In this document: piece after piece, positions 45,168 through 54,408 of the stretch
Position numbering within the stretch: the first letter of the stretch is position 1
How the letters are laid out: each line of letters begins with the position of its first letter
Origin: an uncultured bacterium
GTDB taxonomy: Bacteria > Edwardsbacteria > CAYGWX01
Reading direction: 5' to 3'
NCBI GenBank assembly: GCA_964353855.1
Contig: CAYGWX010000005.1
Coordinates: forward strand, 7,120-71,119
DNA length: 64,000 bases
Made by a program: the position numbers and the translations under genes
The notes under the pieces: generated by a model
What the model was told of the DNA's origin: nothing
The model's input: the letters and a program-made list of their open reading frames with translations, nothing else
Databases searched by the model: none

Positions 45168-45962
45168 TCAAACCTCTGCCAACTCTCCGCGAAAGATCGT
45201 TACGGCTTCTCCGCCTAATCGCACCCGATCCCCCTCGACGCGGACCCGCACCATCCCTCCCCGGGCTGAAGCCTGATAGGCTACCATCTCTTTCTTGCCC
45301 AGACGTCCTATCCAGAACGGCCCCAGACAGCAGTGCGCGGACCCGGTCACCGGGTCCTCCGGAACTCCGGCCCCGGGGGCAAAGAACCGCGACACGAAAT
45401 CAAATCCCGGTGTGGAGGCCATGCTCGTGACGATGACTCCCCGAACTTCGATCCGCTTGAGCTTTTCGTGATCGGGCTTGAGCCTCCGGACCATCTCTTC
45501 CGATTCCACCTCCACGAGGTAGTCGAACCGGCTCTTGCCCACCGTCTTGGGGACCACCCCCAAGGCCTCGCTCAATCCCTTCGGTGCCTTCGCCGGAGAA
45601 GGGGGTGTGGCCGGGAAATCCAGCTCGATCTCCTCCCCCACCTTCCGGGCCGTGAGCAGGCCGCTTTTGGTGTGAAACCGCGCCTCCTTGTCCCCCGCCA
45701 GCAGGCCGGCCTCCCAGAGCACATGGGCGCTCGCCAGGGTCGCATGCCCGCAGAGGTCCACCTCCACCGCCGGGGTGAACCAGCGCAGGCCGTAACCATC
45801 CTCCCGGGGAACGAGAAAAGCCGTCTCGGAGAGGTTCATCTCCCGGGCCACGTTCTGCATCCAGCCCACCTCCCGCTCTTCGGGAAGCAGACAAACCCCG
45901 GCCGGATTCCCGGCAAACGGCTTCTTCGTGAAGGCATCCACCTGATAGATTTTTATTCCCAT
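45168..45962 (-). CDS. PhzF-family (phenazine biosynthesis-like) isomerase/epimerase
   Basis: MGIKIYQVDAFT..PFAGNPAGV N-terminus and DAP-epimerase-like fold signatures. Confidence 0.8.
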   Translation of the reverse strand: MGIKIYQVDAFTKKPFAGNPAGVCLLPEEREVGWMQNVAREMNLSETAFLVPREDGYGLRWFTPAVEVDLCGHATLASAHVLWEAGLLAGDKEARFHTKSGLLTARKVGEEIELDFPATPPSPAKAPKGLSEALGVVPKTVGKSRFDYLVEVESEEMVRRLKPDHEKLKRIEVRGVIVTSMASTPGFDFVSRFFAPGAGVPEDPVTGSAHCCLGPFWIGRLGKKEMVAYQASARGGMVRVRVEGDRVRLGGEAVTIFRGELAEV

Positions 45963-46164
45963 TAAGAAACTCTAAATGTCCGCGCAATGCTACGATGCAA
46001 GCCTTTCTGGTCCTCCTTGGAAATCAGGGGCAACCACTATATATTGTGGTCCCCTCGGAATTGTCTCGTAAGCAGCGCCGATAAAGCTCGGTTACGTCTG
46101 TTGAACCAAAACAGCCCGCAGAATGGGGATCTCCGAAAGGCCTCCGAAATCCGAGAGGGGTTCC

Positions 46165-46212
46165 CGCCTACCTCACGCCTACCTCACGCCTACCTCACGC
46201 CTACCCCACCCC
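46165..46212. repeat. 3 tandem copies of CCTCACGCCTAC (reverse complement GGCGTGAGGTAG)
   Basis: Read directly. Opposite orientation to the copies at 29697 and 47495. Confidence 0.7.
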
Positions 46213-46214
46213 CT

Positions 46215-46275
46215 TTTGGATACCCGACCACTATATATAGTGGGTGTTCCCTTTTTCACAATGAACGGCTGATTT
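46215..46275. repeat. Copy B of a 55-60 bp repeated element whose core is the perfect palindrome CCACTATATATAGTGG
   Basis: CCGACCACTATATATAGTGGGTGTTCCCTTTTTCACAATGAACGGCTGATTTTGGAGG. Related copy A lies at 46024-46060 and copy C at 46915-46975 (CCGACCACTATATGTTGTGGTGGTCCCCTATTTCACAAGGAGAGGCTGTTGTGAG). Confidence 0.7.
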
Positions 46276-46334
46276 TGGAGGTTGAGCCAGTGGATTAGAA
46301 CAAACATGCGTCGTGCTTATTTGCACCTAAAGTT

Positions 46335-46787
46335 CTATTCGGTTATTCTTAAGATAAATACACCCTTCGGATCAACCTGTTTTACTATTTCAAATACATG
46401 TTCTTTCTCGGGCTGTTTTGTCGAGTAAGAACGTCCATCCCTCGTATTCAAGTCGACGGTGCCATCGTGAGACGTGGTGACTGCAAACACTTTCCCTTCC
46501 ATTATTAATTGTTTCGCTTGGTACCATTCTATTTTCTCTTTTGGGGAATTGCGAACGATCTGCCAAAAAAAGGGGCGTAGAAAGGAGAGGTCAGAGAACG
46601 CAAGCAAGATTCGATGAGAATCACGTAAAGCCTCTTTCTCACGCTGGGTTATTGCAAGCTCATTAGATTTAAAACAGGGGACTAGTTGATCAACAAATTC
46701 GTCTGCCGGCATTTTCTTCGGATTCTCAGCCATCGCGATGCAAACGAATCCTATAAAGAAGGAAACTACCAAAGGCAACCGCATCAT
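46335..46787 (-). CDS. Hypothetical secreted protein encoded in a low-GC (about 40%) cassette
   Basis: Signal peptide MMRLPLVVSFFIGFVCIAMA. Codon usage and GC differ sharply from flanking DNA. Flanked by repeat copies B and C. Confidence 0.5.
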   Translation of the reverse strand: MMRLPLVVSFFIGFVCIAMAENPKKMPADEFVDQLVPCFKSNELAITQREKEALRDSHRILLAFSDLSFLRPFFWQIVRNSPKEKIEWYQAKQLIMEGKVFAVTTSHDGTVDLNTRDGRSYSTKQPEKEHVFEIVKQVDPKGVFILRITE

Positions 46788-46859
46788 TTTACACCTCCTG
46801 AGATAATAACCAGTTCAATTATCTAATGCCGCATGGCATGCATCGCTGGCGATGCTCTT

Positions 46860-46915
46860 CCTCCAAATAATCATCCCCAAAAGCAACATGATCACCCCAA
46901 CGGTCTTCAAACCCC
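46860..46915. pseudogene. About 55-bp relic fragment of the lspA 3' coding end (about 90% identical to 50278-50335)
   Basis: ctcttcctccaaataatcatccccaaaagcaacatgatcaccccaacggtc aligns with ctcttcctccaaataaccatccccaaaagcaacataatcacccccacggtc inside lspA (codons VTVGVIMLLLGMVIWRK). Same orientation. Confidence 0.7.
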
Positions 46916-47380
46916 GACCACTATATGTTGTGGTGGTCCCCTATTTCACAAGGAGAGGCTGTTGTGAGATAAATCATAGCATAATCAGCCCCATAAGGAC
47001 AAGGGGGCAGGCAGGAGCGGGAAGAAACCCGTTGCCATCTTCGGTTCGACAAAAAGGTCAGGGCTAAGAGCCCTGGCCCAAAGGAGGAGGCGATCCGGTC
47101 AGGATGCTCCCCCCATCCACTCCCGCTCTTTTCACCGGCATTGCACTGGCTTTACCCCGGCTTTACACCCTCTTTACACCCATTTAGCACCCTTCGGGAG
47201 GCTATACAAGGAGAGATCGTGCTGCGTGCGCCCGGAAGAGAGGCTTCGGAAGGATTTAGATCGGCACCAGTCTACTGATCGGATGTCGTCTGCCAACAGA
47301 AGGATGTCTGCATCTCCGTTAAAAGCCAAGGGGTTCCCCTTGTACAAGAGACACCCCTATGGCCTTTCTGATGTTACAAG

Positions 47381-49666
47381 CTACCTCACCACCACCATCT
47401 TTCTGGTGAGGGTCTGATCACAACCTTCGGCCCTCAGAAAGTAAACCCCGCTCCTCACCTCCTTTCCACTTCCATCTTTTCCGTCCCAATACACCTCGTG
47501 AGGCGTAAGGCGTGAGGCGTAAGGTGCAAACGACCTTACGACCCGGCCCGTAACATCGTAAACGCTCAGACGAACCGGCCCCAGAGCCACTGGCCCGAGT
47601 CGAATCGTACATCCCCCTTTTACCGGATTAGGGCTGATCGAAACATCAAATGACTCGGCCTTAAATGGATGGGCAACTTCCTGACCGACCCCGGATATGA
47701 TGGAATCCACGCCGAAGACCAGAAGATTTCCCAGATAGGCTCCGCCATAAGCTACGTTGAAGTTCTCGCCCCAGACATCCGTAATCGTCCAACCAGATTC
47801 ATAATGCCGGACAGACTGCGCCGGGTGAGGATTGCTTACATCCACCAGGTCCATCCGTCCACAGTATTCCACGGACTGATAATAATAGGTTCGCCCCCCT
47901 ACCCAGACATAGTGAGGGGCGAAGTAATGCAGCCCATACAGGGCATCCTCCCCGATTGAATGACTATACCATCCCGCTGTATCCGGACGCACCGGGTTGG
48001 CTACGGTAATGATATAGAGCCCATCCCCAGGATTCCGGAAATAGGCTAAGATATAGCCCAAGGTATCCGCAAACTCTACGTCTTTTCCGCCAGGTGCAGG
48101 CCAGTCCCAGTCATATGCGTTGCGCGGACTACGCGGATCGCTCACATCAATCACATGAAACGTCCAAGGCAACCCGTCCGGCACATAGGCGTATTGCCCA
48201 CGAACCCACAAATCGTAAACTCCATCGCCAGGACCCCGCCACCTCCCTAAAAAGTAGGGATTCCGGGGATCCGCCACATTCACAGTCCACAAATTGTCAC
48301 CGAAATGTCCCGAAAGATAGACCAGCGTGTCCTGCACAAAGATGCCGTAGGCCACCCCGGTCTGCAATCCAGACCAGCGCCCGATCACCGTAGGCTGGGC
48401 CGGATTCCGAATGTCCACAATAACCAGTCCGCTATCTCCCTCGGCGGCGTAAAGCAGAGAGTCCTTCAACATGATGTCAAGCGTCCTCCAGGGTATCTCC
48501 AAGTGGCCAAGCTCAACAGGCTGAGAGGGGTTAGACACATCCAGCACCCGAAGCCCGTCCATGCCGTGGGCCACATAGAGATAATTCCCCTGCTTCACCA
48601 ACTCCCAGCAGGCATCCCCGGTAGGATAATGAGTAATCTCCCGAGGCTGGGAAGGATTTCGAACGTCCATCACCCGAAGGCCCTTGCCGCCGTCGGCAAA
48701 GTAGACCAAACTGTCTTTGGCAAAGACATCACCCCCTGAGCCTGGTGTCTCGTAACGACCCAGCTCAACAGGATTTGCCGGATCTGTGATATCAATAACC
48801 CACATGTGGCTGAGACTGCTTGGGGGATAACGATCATATTCAAAATAGTCCTCGCAGAGGTAAGCAAGGTTGCCAGAGACGGTAACGCTGCGAGGAAAGA
48901 CATATTGACCGCTGGGACGGAAGCATTTTATTTTCAGAGGGACTTGGGGATTCTTTACGTTTACTATACAGAGGCCGCTATCCAATGCCGCAACATAAGC
49001 TAGCGTATCACGGATGATGAGATCCATCGTACCACCAAGCCCCGTACATCGTCCCACTTTACGAACATCAAAGGGATCGCGGATATTATACACTGCGAGT
49101 TCAGAAGTCCACCCCGCACCGACAACATAAGCCAGCGTGTCCACCACTTGTATTTTCTTCCCCCAACTGGTATCGTAACCCGCTACCACAAAGGGAGAAG
49201 CAGGGTCGTTCACATTGATCACGAACAAATCCGAGGAATCCTGCATCCCACCGCTCCCAACTACGTATGCGAGAGAATCTTTAACCCAAACTCCATGCAT
49301 ATGATACCCGCACCTCACCTTCCCCACCACCCTCGGAGCCCTCACATCCCGCACATCCACAATCGCCAGACCGTTATAAGCATCTACCAGATAGGCATAG
49401 CCGTTCTGGACGAAGAGGTCCTCTATGATGGAGAAATTCACATCATACGCCCTGCCCATCTCCACAGGATTCGCCGGGTCCGAAACATCCAAAATAAGCA
49501 GGCCGCAGCTCACTCCCACATAGGCGTAGTCCCCTTGCACCACTACCTGACGGGCAGGGCCTAAGAGGGTCTGGCCCAAAAGCCGCATCCCCAGGCTGTC
49601 CCGAGGGAAAGCCGAGGAAGTTCCTGCAATGCAAACAAGGACAAAGATTAAAAATAGGATGCGCTT
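47381..49666 (-). CDS. LVIVD-repeat beta-propeller protein with T9SS C-terminal sorting domain
   Basis: At least 12 repeats of G(L)x(I/V)(V/I)D(V)S(N/D)PxxP. C-terminus ...GVYFLRAEG...KMVVVR. Signal peptide MKRILFLIFVLVCIAGTSSA after the internal start; the track's longer start is 49735. Confidence 0.75.
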   Translation of the reverse strand, partial: KRILFLIFVLVCIAGTSSAFPRDSLGMRLLGQTLLGPARQVVVQGDYAYVGVSCGLLILDVSDPANPVEMGRAYDVNFSIIEDLFVQNGYAYLVDAYNGLAIVDVRDVRAPRVVGKVRCGYHMHGVWVKDSLAYVVGSGGMQDSSDLFVINVNDPASPFVVAGYDTSWGKKIQVVDTLAYVVGAGWTSELAVYNIRDPFDVRKVGRCTGLGGTMDLIIRDTLAYVAALDSGLCIVNVKNPQVPLKIKCFRPSGQYVFPRSVTVSGNLAYLCEDYFEYDRYPPSSLSHMWVIDITDPANPVELGRYETPGSGGDVFAKDSLVYFADGGKGLRVMDVRNPSQPREITHYPTGDACWELVKQGNYLYVAHGMDGLRVLDVSNPSQPVELGHLEIPWRTLDIMLKDSLLYAAEGDSGLVIVDIRNPAQPTVIGRWSGLQTGVAYGIFVQDTLVYLSGHFGDNLWTVNVADPRNPYFLGRWRGPGDGVYDLWVRGQYAYVPDGLPWTFHVIDVSDPRSPRNAYDWDWPAPGGKDVEFADTLGYILAYFRNPGDGLYIITVANPVRPDTAGWYSHSIGEDALYGLHYFAPHYVWVGGRTYYYQSVEYCGRMDLVDVSNPHPAQSVRHYESGWTITDVWGENFNVAYGGAYLGNLLVFGVDSIISGVGQEVAHPFKAESFDVSISPNPVKGGCTIRLGPVALGPVRLSVYDVTGRVVRSFAPYASRLTPHEVYWDGKDGSGKEVRSGVYFLRAEGCDQTLTRKMVVVR

Positions 49667-49988
49667 CATTTGAAATGCTCCCATTGATGCAAAAGGAGAC
49701 CTATGCCCCTTTCTCAGGGGTGTCTCCTTTCTCATCTTCCAGCTTCAACCCGACCGAACCGAACCATCCGAACCACATCTTCACCTAACCCTCCTCAACC
49801 GAATAAGGAGCCCGAAAGCCAACTCACGGAAGAGAAACGATGGTGCGCTGCTTGCCTGGCTGTTAAAGCATAACAAATTCAGGCGGCGACGTCAAGCTCA
49901 AAATCAACGAAGGCAGATAAATCCCTTGAAATGAGTGCTCAATTATATACTTCCATCCCCAATCCGCATTAAAAAACCCCTGAAATAC

Positions 49989-50075
49989 GTGGGGTGGGTG
50001 TACAGTGGGTGTTTGGTGGGTGTTCAATGGGTGTTCAATGGGCCCCCAAAACGAAGGTCTGGGTGGCCCATAGGA
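49989..50075. repeat. Tandem 12-bp GGTGGGTGTTCA / ATGGGTGTTCA repeats
   Basis: Read directly. 320-400 bp upstream of the LVIVD cargo gene. Confidence 0.65.
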
Positions 50076-50243
50076 AACCCACTCACAATTTTGGGGTGGC
50101 CCACCCTCTCCTTTTTGCCCTTTCCGTCAATTCCTCGTAACCCCTTGAAGATGGCCCTGATTGCGTAAAATTGGCTCATTTCACCCAACCAAGAATAAAA
50201 TCATGTTTACTTAATAGACGACATAAGGAACAAAAGGAGGGAG

Positions 50244-50810
50244 CTACAGAATGTGGGAAGTCAAAACCTTCGCTTTTTCGGACGTAATACTCTTCCTCCA
50301 AATAACCATCCCCAAAAGCAACATAATCACCCCCACGGTCACCCCGGCATCCGCCAGGTTGAACACCGGCCAGCGATCGAGATGATAACTCCCGATATGG
50401 ATATCGGGAATATTCACATCGATGAAATCCCGCACCTCGCCCCAAAGGAGCCGGTCGATGAAGTTCCCGATGGCCCCGCCCAGGATCAGGGCAAAAGCCA
50501 GAAGGTTCCAGGGAGAACGATCTTTAATTTTGAAGTAGTAAAGGAGGATGAGGAGGATAGCGATGAGGGAGAAAACAAGAAAGGCCGCATTCGAGCCCAT
50601 CTTCAGGCTGAACGCGCCATGCGGATTGCGGATGTAGGTCAGACGGACCGCATCGCCCAGGACCGGAAGGGAGGACCCCAGGGCCATCCGGGCCGCCACC
50701 AGGGCTTTGGTGAGCTGGTCCAGCAGGACCCAGAGCGGACTGAGGATGAGGAGGAAGCCGAGGCCGCGAACCCGGAGACTATCGGATCTTCCGGGCCTCT
50801 CGGGCCTCAT
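50244..50810 (-). CDS. lspA: Lipoprotein signal peptidase II
   Basis: LspA motifs FNLADAGVTVGV and NPHGAFSL. Conserved ileS-lspA synteny. Confidence 0.85.
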   Translation of the reverse strand: MRPERPGRSDSLRVRGLGFLLILSPLWVLLDQLTKALVAARMALGSSLPVLGDAVRLTYIRNPHGAFSLKMGSNAAFLVFSLIAILLILLYYFKIKDRSPWNLLAFALILGGAIGNFIDRLLWGEVRDFIDVNIPDIHIGSYHLDRWPVFNLADAGVTVGVIMLLLGMVIWRKSITSEKAKVLTSHIL

Positions 50811-51183
50811 CTTCCTCTTTGCGGCACTTCATGCACAGCCGGGCGTGAGGCATCGCCTCCAGGCGGGTCTTCTCGATGGCCTTGGTGCACTTCTCGCACT
50901 TCCCGAAGCTCCCCTCATAAATCTTGCGCAGAGCGTCGTCCACCTCCAGGAGCAGCTGGCCCTCGCTGGAGGCCAGCATGTACTCCCGCTCCCGGTCGAT
51001 GGCGTCCGTGCCCAGGTCGGCCATGTGGAAGGAGTAGGCCGAGAGGTCGCCCGAGGAATCCCTGGACGTGCGCTCGAATATCTCCTTTTTCATCACGTCC
51101 AGGATCCCATTCAGGCGCTTGTGCTCCTCCATGAGATTCTTCTCGAACTTCTCCATCTCCTTCTTCGTCAACACGTAGTTCAC
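50779..51183 (-). CDS. DksA/TraR-family C4 zinc-finger regulator
   Basis: CEKCTKAI...CMKC C4 finger with an N-terminal coiled coil. Confidence 0.75.
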   Translation of the reverse strand: MNYVLTKKEMEKFEKNLMEEHKRLNGILDVMKKEIFERTSRDSSGDLSAYSFHMADLGTDAIDREREYMLASSEGQLLLEVDDALRKIYEGSFGKCEKCTKAIEKTRLEAMPHARLCMKCRKEEDEAREARKIR

Positions 51184-54100
51184 CCCCCTCCCTCCCGCGA
51201 TAAGATGATCGTGGCTTTCTCCCCGTTCACGATTTGTTCCTTGGCGATGTCCCCGCCCCCGTCCCCCTCGGAAAGGGTCAGGGCCAGGGTCTCGCGCTTG
51301 ACGTACTCCGTCTGCCTGGCGAGGGCCTGCATGAGCCGCTCGGTCGTCCGGTATCGTATGTGGATGCGGTCCGTGACCCGGAAGCGGGCCTCCCGGCGCA
51401 TCGCCTGGACCAGGTGCACGAACTCCCGGGCCAGACCCTCGTCCTCCAGGGCCTCGCTGCGGGTGAGGTCCAGGGCCAGGGCCAGCCCGTCCTGCTCCCG
51501 GACCGCCCAGCCCGGCTTCTCCTTCTTCAGGATCTCCACGTCGTCCCGGTGGACCTTCCCGGTTCTCATCTCCACGAAGGCCAGTTCCCCGTTGGCCAGC
51601 TTGACCACCACCTCGGCTTTCACGCCCTCCAGCTCCTCGGCCACGGCTTTAGCCTCCTTGCCGAACTTCGGGCCCAGGCGGTCGTAGCGGGGCTTCAGGG
51701 TGAACGTCCAGAACCCGTCCAGGTTCGACCGGACCTCCAGGGCCTTGACATTCAGCTCCTCCCGGATCAGGTCCCCCAGATCCGCCAGGGCCTGTTTTTC
51801 GCTCTCGCTTGCGGCAACGACCGCGAGGAGGGGAAGCGGCTGGCGGACCTTAAGCTGGCGGTCGTTCCGGATCGAGCGGGCCAGGGCCACCACCCGGCGC
51901 ACGAAATCCATCCTTTCCTCCAGGGACGGGTCCAGGACGGCCTCGTCCCAGGCCGGGAAGTCCGTGTGGTGCACGCTCTCCGGGGCACGTGAGTCCACCG
52001 AGCGCACCAGGTTCTGGTACATCTCCTCAGCCAGGAAGGGCAGGATCGGAGCGATGAGCTTGACCATGGAAACCAGGCCCTCGTACAGGGTCTCGTAGGC
52101 CATGCGTTTGTCCTGGTCATCCTCGGACTTCCAGAACCGCCGGCGCGAGCGGCGCACGTACCAGGTGGAGAAGTCCTCCAGGAAGACCTCGACCCCCCGG
52201 ACCAGGGGTGCGAGGCTGTAGGCCTCGTAGAGCTGGTCGGCCTCGCGGATCAGGCCATGCAGACGGGAGAGGATCCAGCGGTCCAGCAGGGGACGTTCGC
52301 CCTTGGGGCTCGACCCTTCACCCGGCACGAACCCGTCGATCCCGGCGTAGGTCACGAAGAAGGAATATACGTTCCAAAAGGTCAGGAGCTTGCGCTTGAC
52401 CTCCTCCCCGGCCGAGTACCCGAAGTTCAGGTTCAGCTCCGGGTTGTGGCCGACGAACATCCAGCGCATCACCTCCGCGCCCATCCTCTCTGCGGCCTCG
52501 TCGGACAAGATGGCGTTGCCCTTGGACTTGTGCATCTCCTCGCCCCGCTCGTCTTTCATCGTAGCGAAGCCGAGGAGCTTCTTGAACGGGGCCTTCCCCT
52601 CCAGGACCGTGCTCATCGCCAGGATGGAATAGAACCAGTTGCGGAACTGGCCCGGGAAGGACTCGGTGATGAAGTCCGTGGGGAACCACTCCTGCCAGTA
52701 GGTTCGGTCGAAGGGATAGCCCTTGGCCGGGTCGTTCCGCTCCACTACCGGGCGCACCGTGGAATAGGGCACTATCCCGGCGTCCAGCCAGACGTTGCCC
52801 ACGTCCGGGATGCGGGTCACTTTGGCCCCGCATTTGGGGCAAGCGATCTTGACCGCATCGATGTGCGGGCGATGCGGAGAGTGACCGTGGAAGGCTTCCC
52901 AGCCTTCCACGGCCCGGCTTTTCAACTCTTCCCGCCCGCCGAGGACGTCGAAGCCTCCGCAGGCGCACTCGTAGATCGGCAGGGCCAGGCCCCAGTAGCG
53001 CTTCTTGGAGATGCACCAGTCCGCCATGTTCCGGAGCCAATCCAGCTCCCGCTCCTTGCCGAAGGCCGGGATCCAGGTCTCGACCTGCTCCACGGCCTCC
53101 ATGATCTCGTGGCGCAGGTCCTTCATCGAGATGAACCACTCATCCACCAGACGGAAGATGAGCTCGCTGTCGCAACGCCAGCACACGGGGTAACGGTGGT
53201 GGTGGTCCTCCACCCGGAAGAGGAGCTCCTTCTCCCCCAGGTTCTCGATGATCGCCTCGGCGACTTTCTGGACATCCTGGCCCGTGAGCCAATCGAAGCC
53301 CGCACCATAGATGCCGAACTCGTCCAGGGGGGCGACCACGGCCAGGCCTTCCTCCTTACCCAACAGGAAATCCTCTTTCCCGCATCCCGGGGCGATGTGC
53401 ACCATACCGGTTCCCTCGGCCTCGCTCGTTTCCTCCCAGGCTACAACGCGGTGTTCGATCCCCACTTGAGCCGGAAGCTCGTCGAAGGGGCCGCGGTAGC
53501 GCCAGCCCACCATCTCTTTCCCCGAAAGCTCTCCCAGAACTTCATAGGGACCGTCCAACTGGCTCGTCAGGCTCTTCGCCAGATAGTAGACTTGGTCATT
53601 CTGCCTCACCTTGGCATAGGTTATCTCCGGATGCACGGAAACCGCTACATTGGAGGTAAGGGTCCAAGCCGTGGTCGTCCAGACCAGAAGAAATTCCTTA
53701 TCCCGTCCCAAGATGGGAAGCTTGATCGTCACCCCGGGGTGGGTGAGATCCTGGTAGCCCTCGGTCGCGATCTCCATGTCCGAGATCGCTGTGCCGCAGC
53801 GCGAGCACCAGGGCATCACGTCGTGGCCCTTGTAGATCCAGCCCCGCTCGTGGCAGCGCTTCAGGAAGTGCCAGATGGTGTAGTTGTTCTCCTCGGCCAT
53901 CGTGAAATAGGAGTGCGCTTTGTTCAGCCAGTCGGGGTCGTCCAGGGGGGTGTCCCACTCCCCCCAATCCATCCACATCCCAAGGCGGATGGAGCTGGCC
54001 GTCTGGAGCTTGGAATACAGGTGCACCCGCTGCTTGCATTTCTCGACGAAGGCGTCCACCCCGAAGCGGTCGATGTCCCGCTTGGAGGTGAACCCTAGCT

Positions 54101-54398
54101 CCTTCTCGACCTCCACCTCGATCCACAGCCCTTGGCAGTCGAACCCGTTCTGGAACCTCTGGTTGAAGCCTTTCATCGCCCGGTAGCGCTGGAAGACGTC
54201 CTTGTAGGACCGCCCCCAGGCGTGGTGCACGCCCATCGGGTTGTTGGCCGTGATCGGACCGTCCAGGAAGGCCCAGCGCTTACCGCTCTGGGCGAGCTTT
54301 TCGACCAGCTTCTCGAACGAGCGGCTCTCCTGCCAGAACCGCAGGATCTCGTTCTCCAGCTTGGGAAAGTTCAGATCTTGGGGGACGGGCTTGTACAT
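51180..54398 (-). CDS. ileS: Isoleucyl-tRNA synthetase
   Basis: 1072 aa with HIGH-type (GVHHAWG) and KMSKS-type (KSKGN) motifs and a zinc-finger C-terminus. Confidence 0.95.
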   Translation of the reverse strand: MYKPVPQDLNFPKLENEILRFWQESRSFEKLVEKLAQSGKRWAFLDGPITANNPMGVHHAWGRSYKDVFQRYRAMKGFNQRFQNGFDCQGLWIEVEVEKELGFTSKRDIDRFGVDAFVEKCKQRVHLYSKLQTASSIRLGMWMDWGEWDTPLDDPDWLNKAHSYFTMAEENNYTIWHFLKRCHERGWIYKGHDVMPWCSRCGTAISDMEIATEGYQDLTHPGVTIKLPILGRDKEFLLVWTTTAWTLTSNVAVSVHPEITYAKVRQNDQVYYLAKSLTSQLDGPYEVLGELSGKEMVGWRYRGPFDELPAQVGIEHRVVAWEETSEAEGTGMVHIAPGCGKEDFLLGKEEGLAVVAPLDEFGIYGAGFDWLTGQDVQKVAEAIIENLGEKELLFRVEDHHHRYPVCWRCDSELIFRLVDEWFISMKDLRHEIMEAVEQVETWIPAFGKERELDWLRNMADWCISKKRYWGLALPIYECACGGFDVLGGREELKSRAVEGWEAFHGHSPHRPHIDAVKIACPKCGAKVTRIPDVGNVWLDAGIVPYSTVRPVVERNDPAKGYPFDRTYWQEWFPTDFITESFPGQFRNWFYSILAMSTVLEGKAPFKKLLGFATMKDERGEEMHKSKGNAILSDEAAERMGAEVMRWMFVGHNPELNLNFGYSAGEEVKRKLLTFWNVYSFFVTYAGIDGFVPGEGSSPKGERPLLDRWILSRLHGLIREADQLYEAYSLAPLVRGVEVFLEDFSTWYVRRSRRRFWKSEDDQDKRMAYETLYEGLVSMVKLIAPILPFLAEEMYQNLVRSVDSRAPESVHHTDFPAWDEAVLDPSLEERMDFVRRVVALARSIRNDRQLKVRQPLPLLAVVAASESEKQALADLGDLIREELNVKALEVRSNLDGFWTFTLKPRYDRLGPKFGKEAKAVAEELEGVKAEVVVKLANGELAFVEMRTGKVHRDDVEILKKEKPGWAVREQDGLALALDLTRSEALEDEGLAREFVHLVQAMRREARFRVTDRIHIRYRTTERLMQALARQTEYVKRETLALTLSEGDGGGDIAKEQIVNGEKATIILSREGGG

Positions 54399-54408
54399 GA
54401 TTAAAAGA

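Noticed and set aside
45987-47067. Plus-strand ORFs 45987-46298 (103 aa) and 46852-47067 (71 aa).
   Set aside because: They run through the repeat elements and the relic lspA fragment, and have no RBS or recognisable domains.
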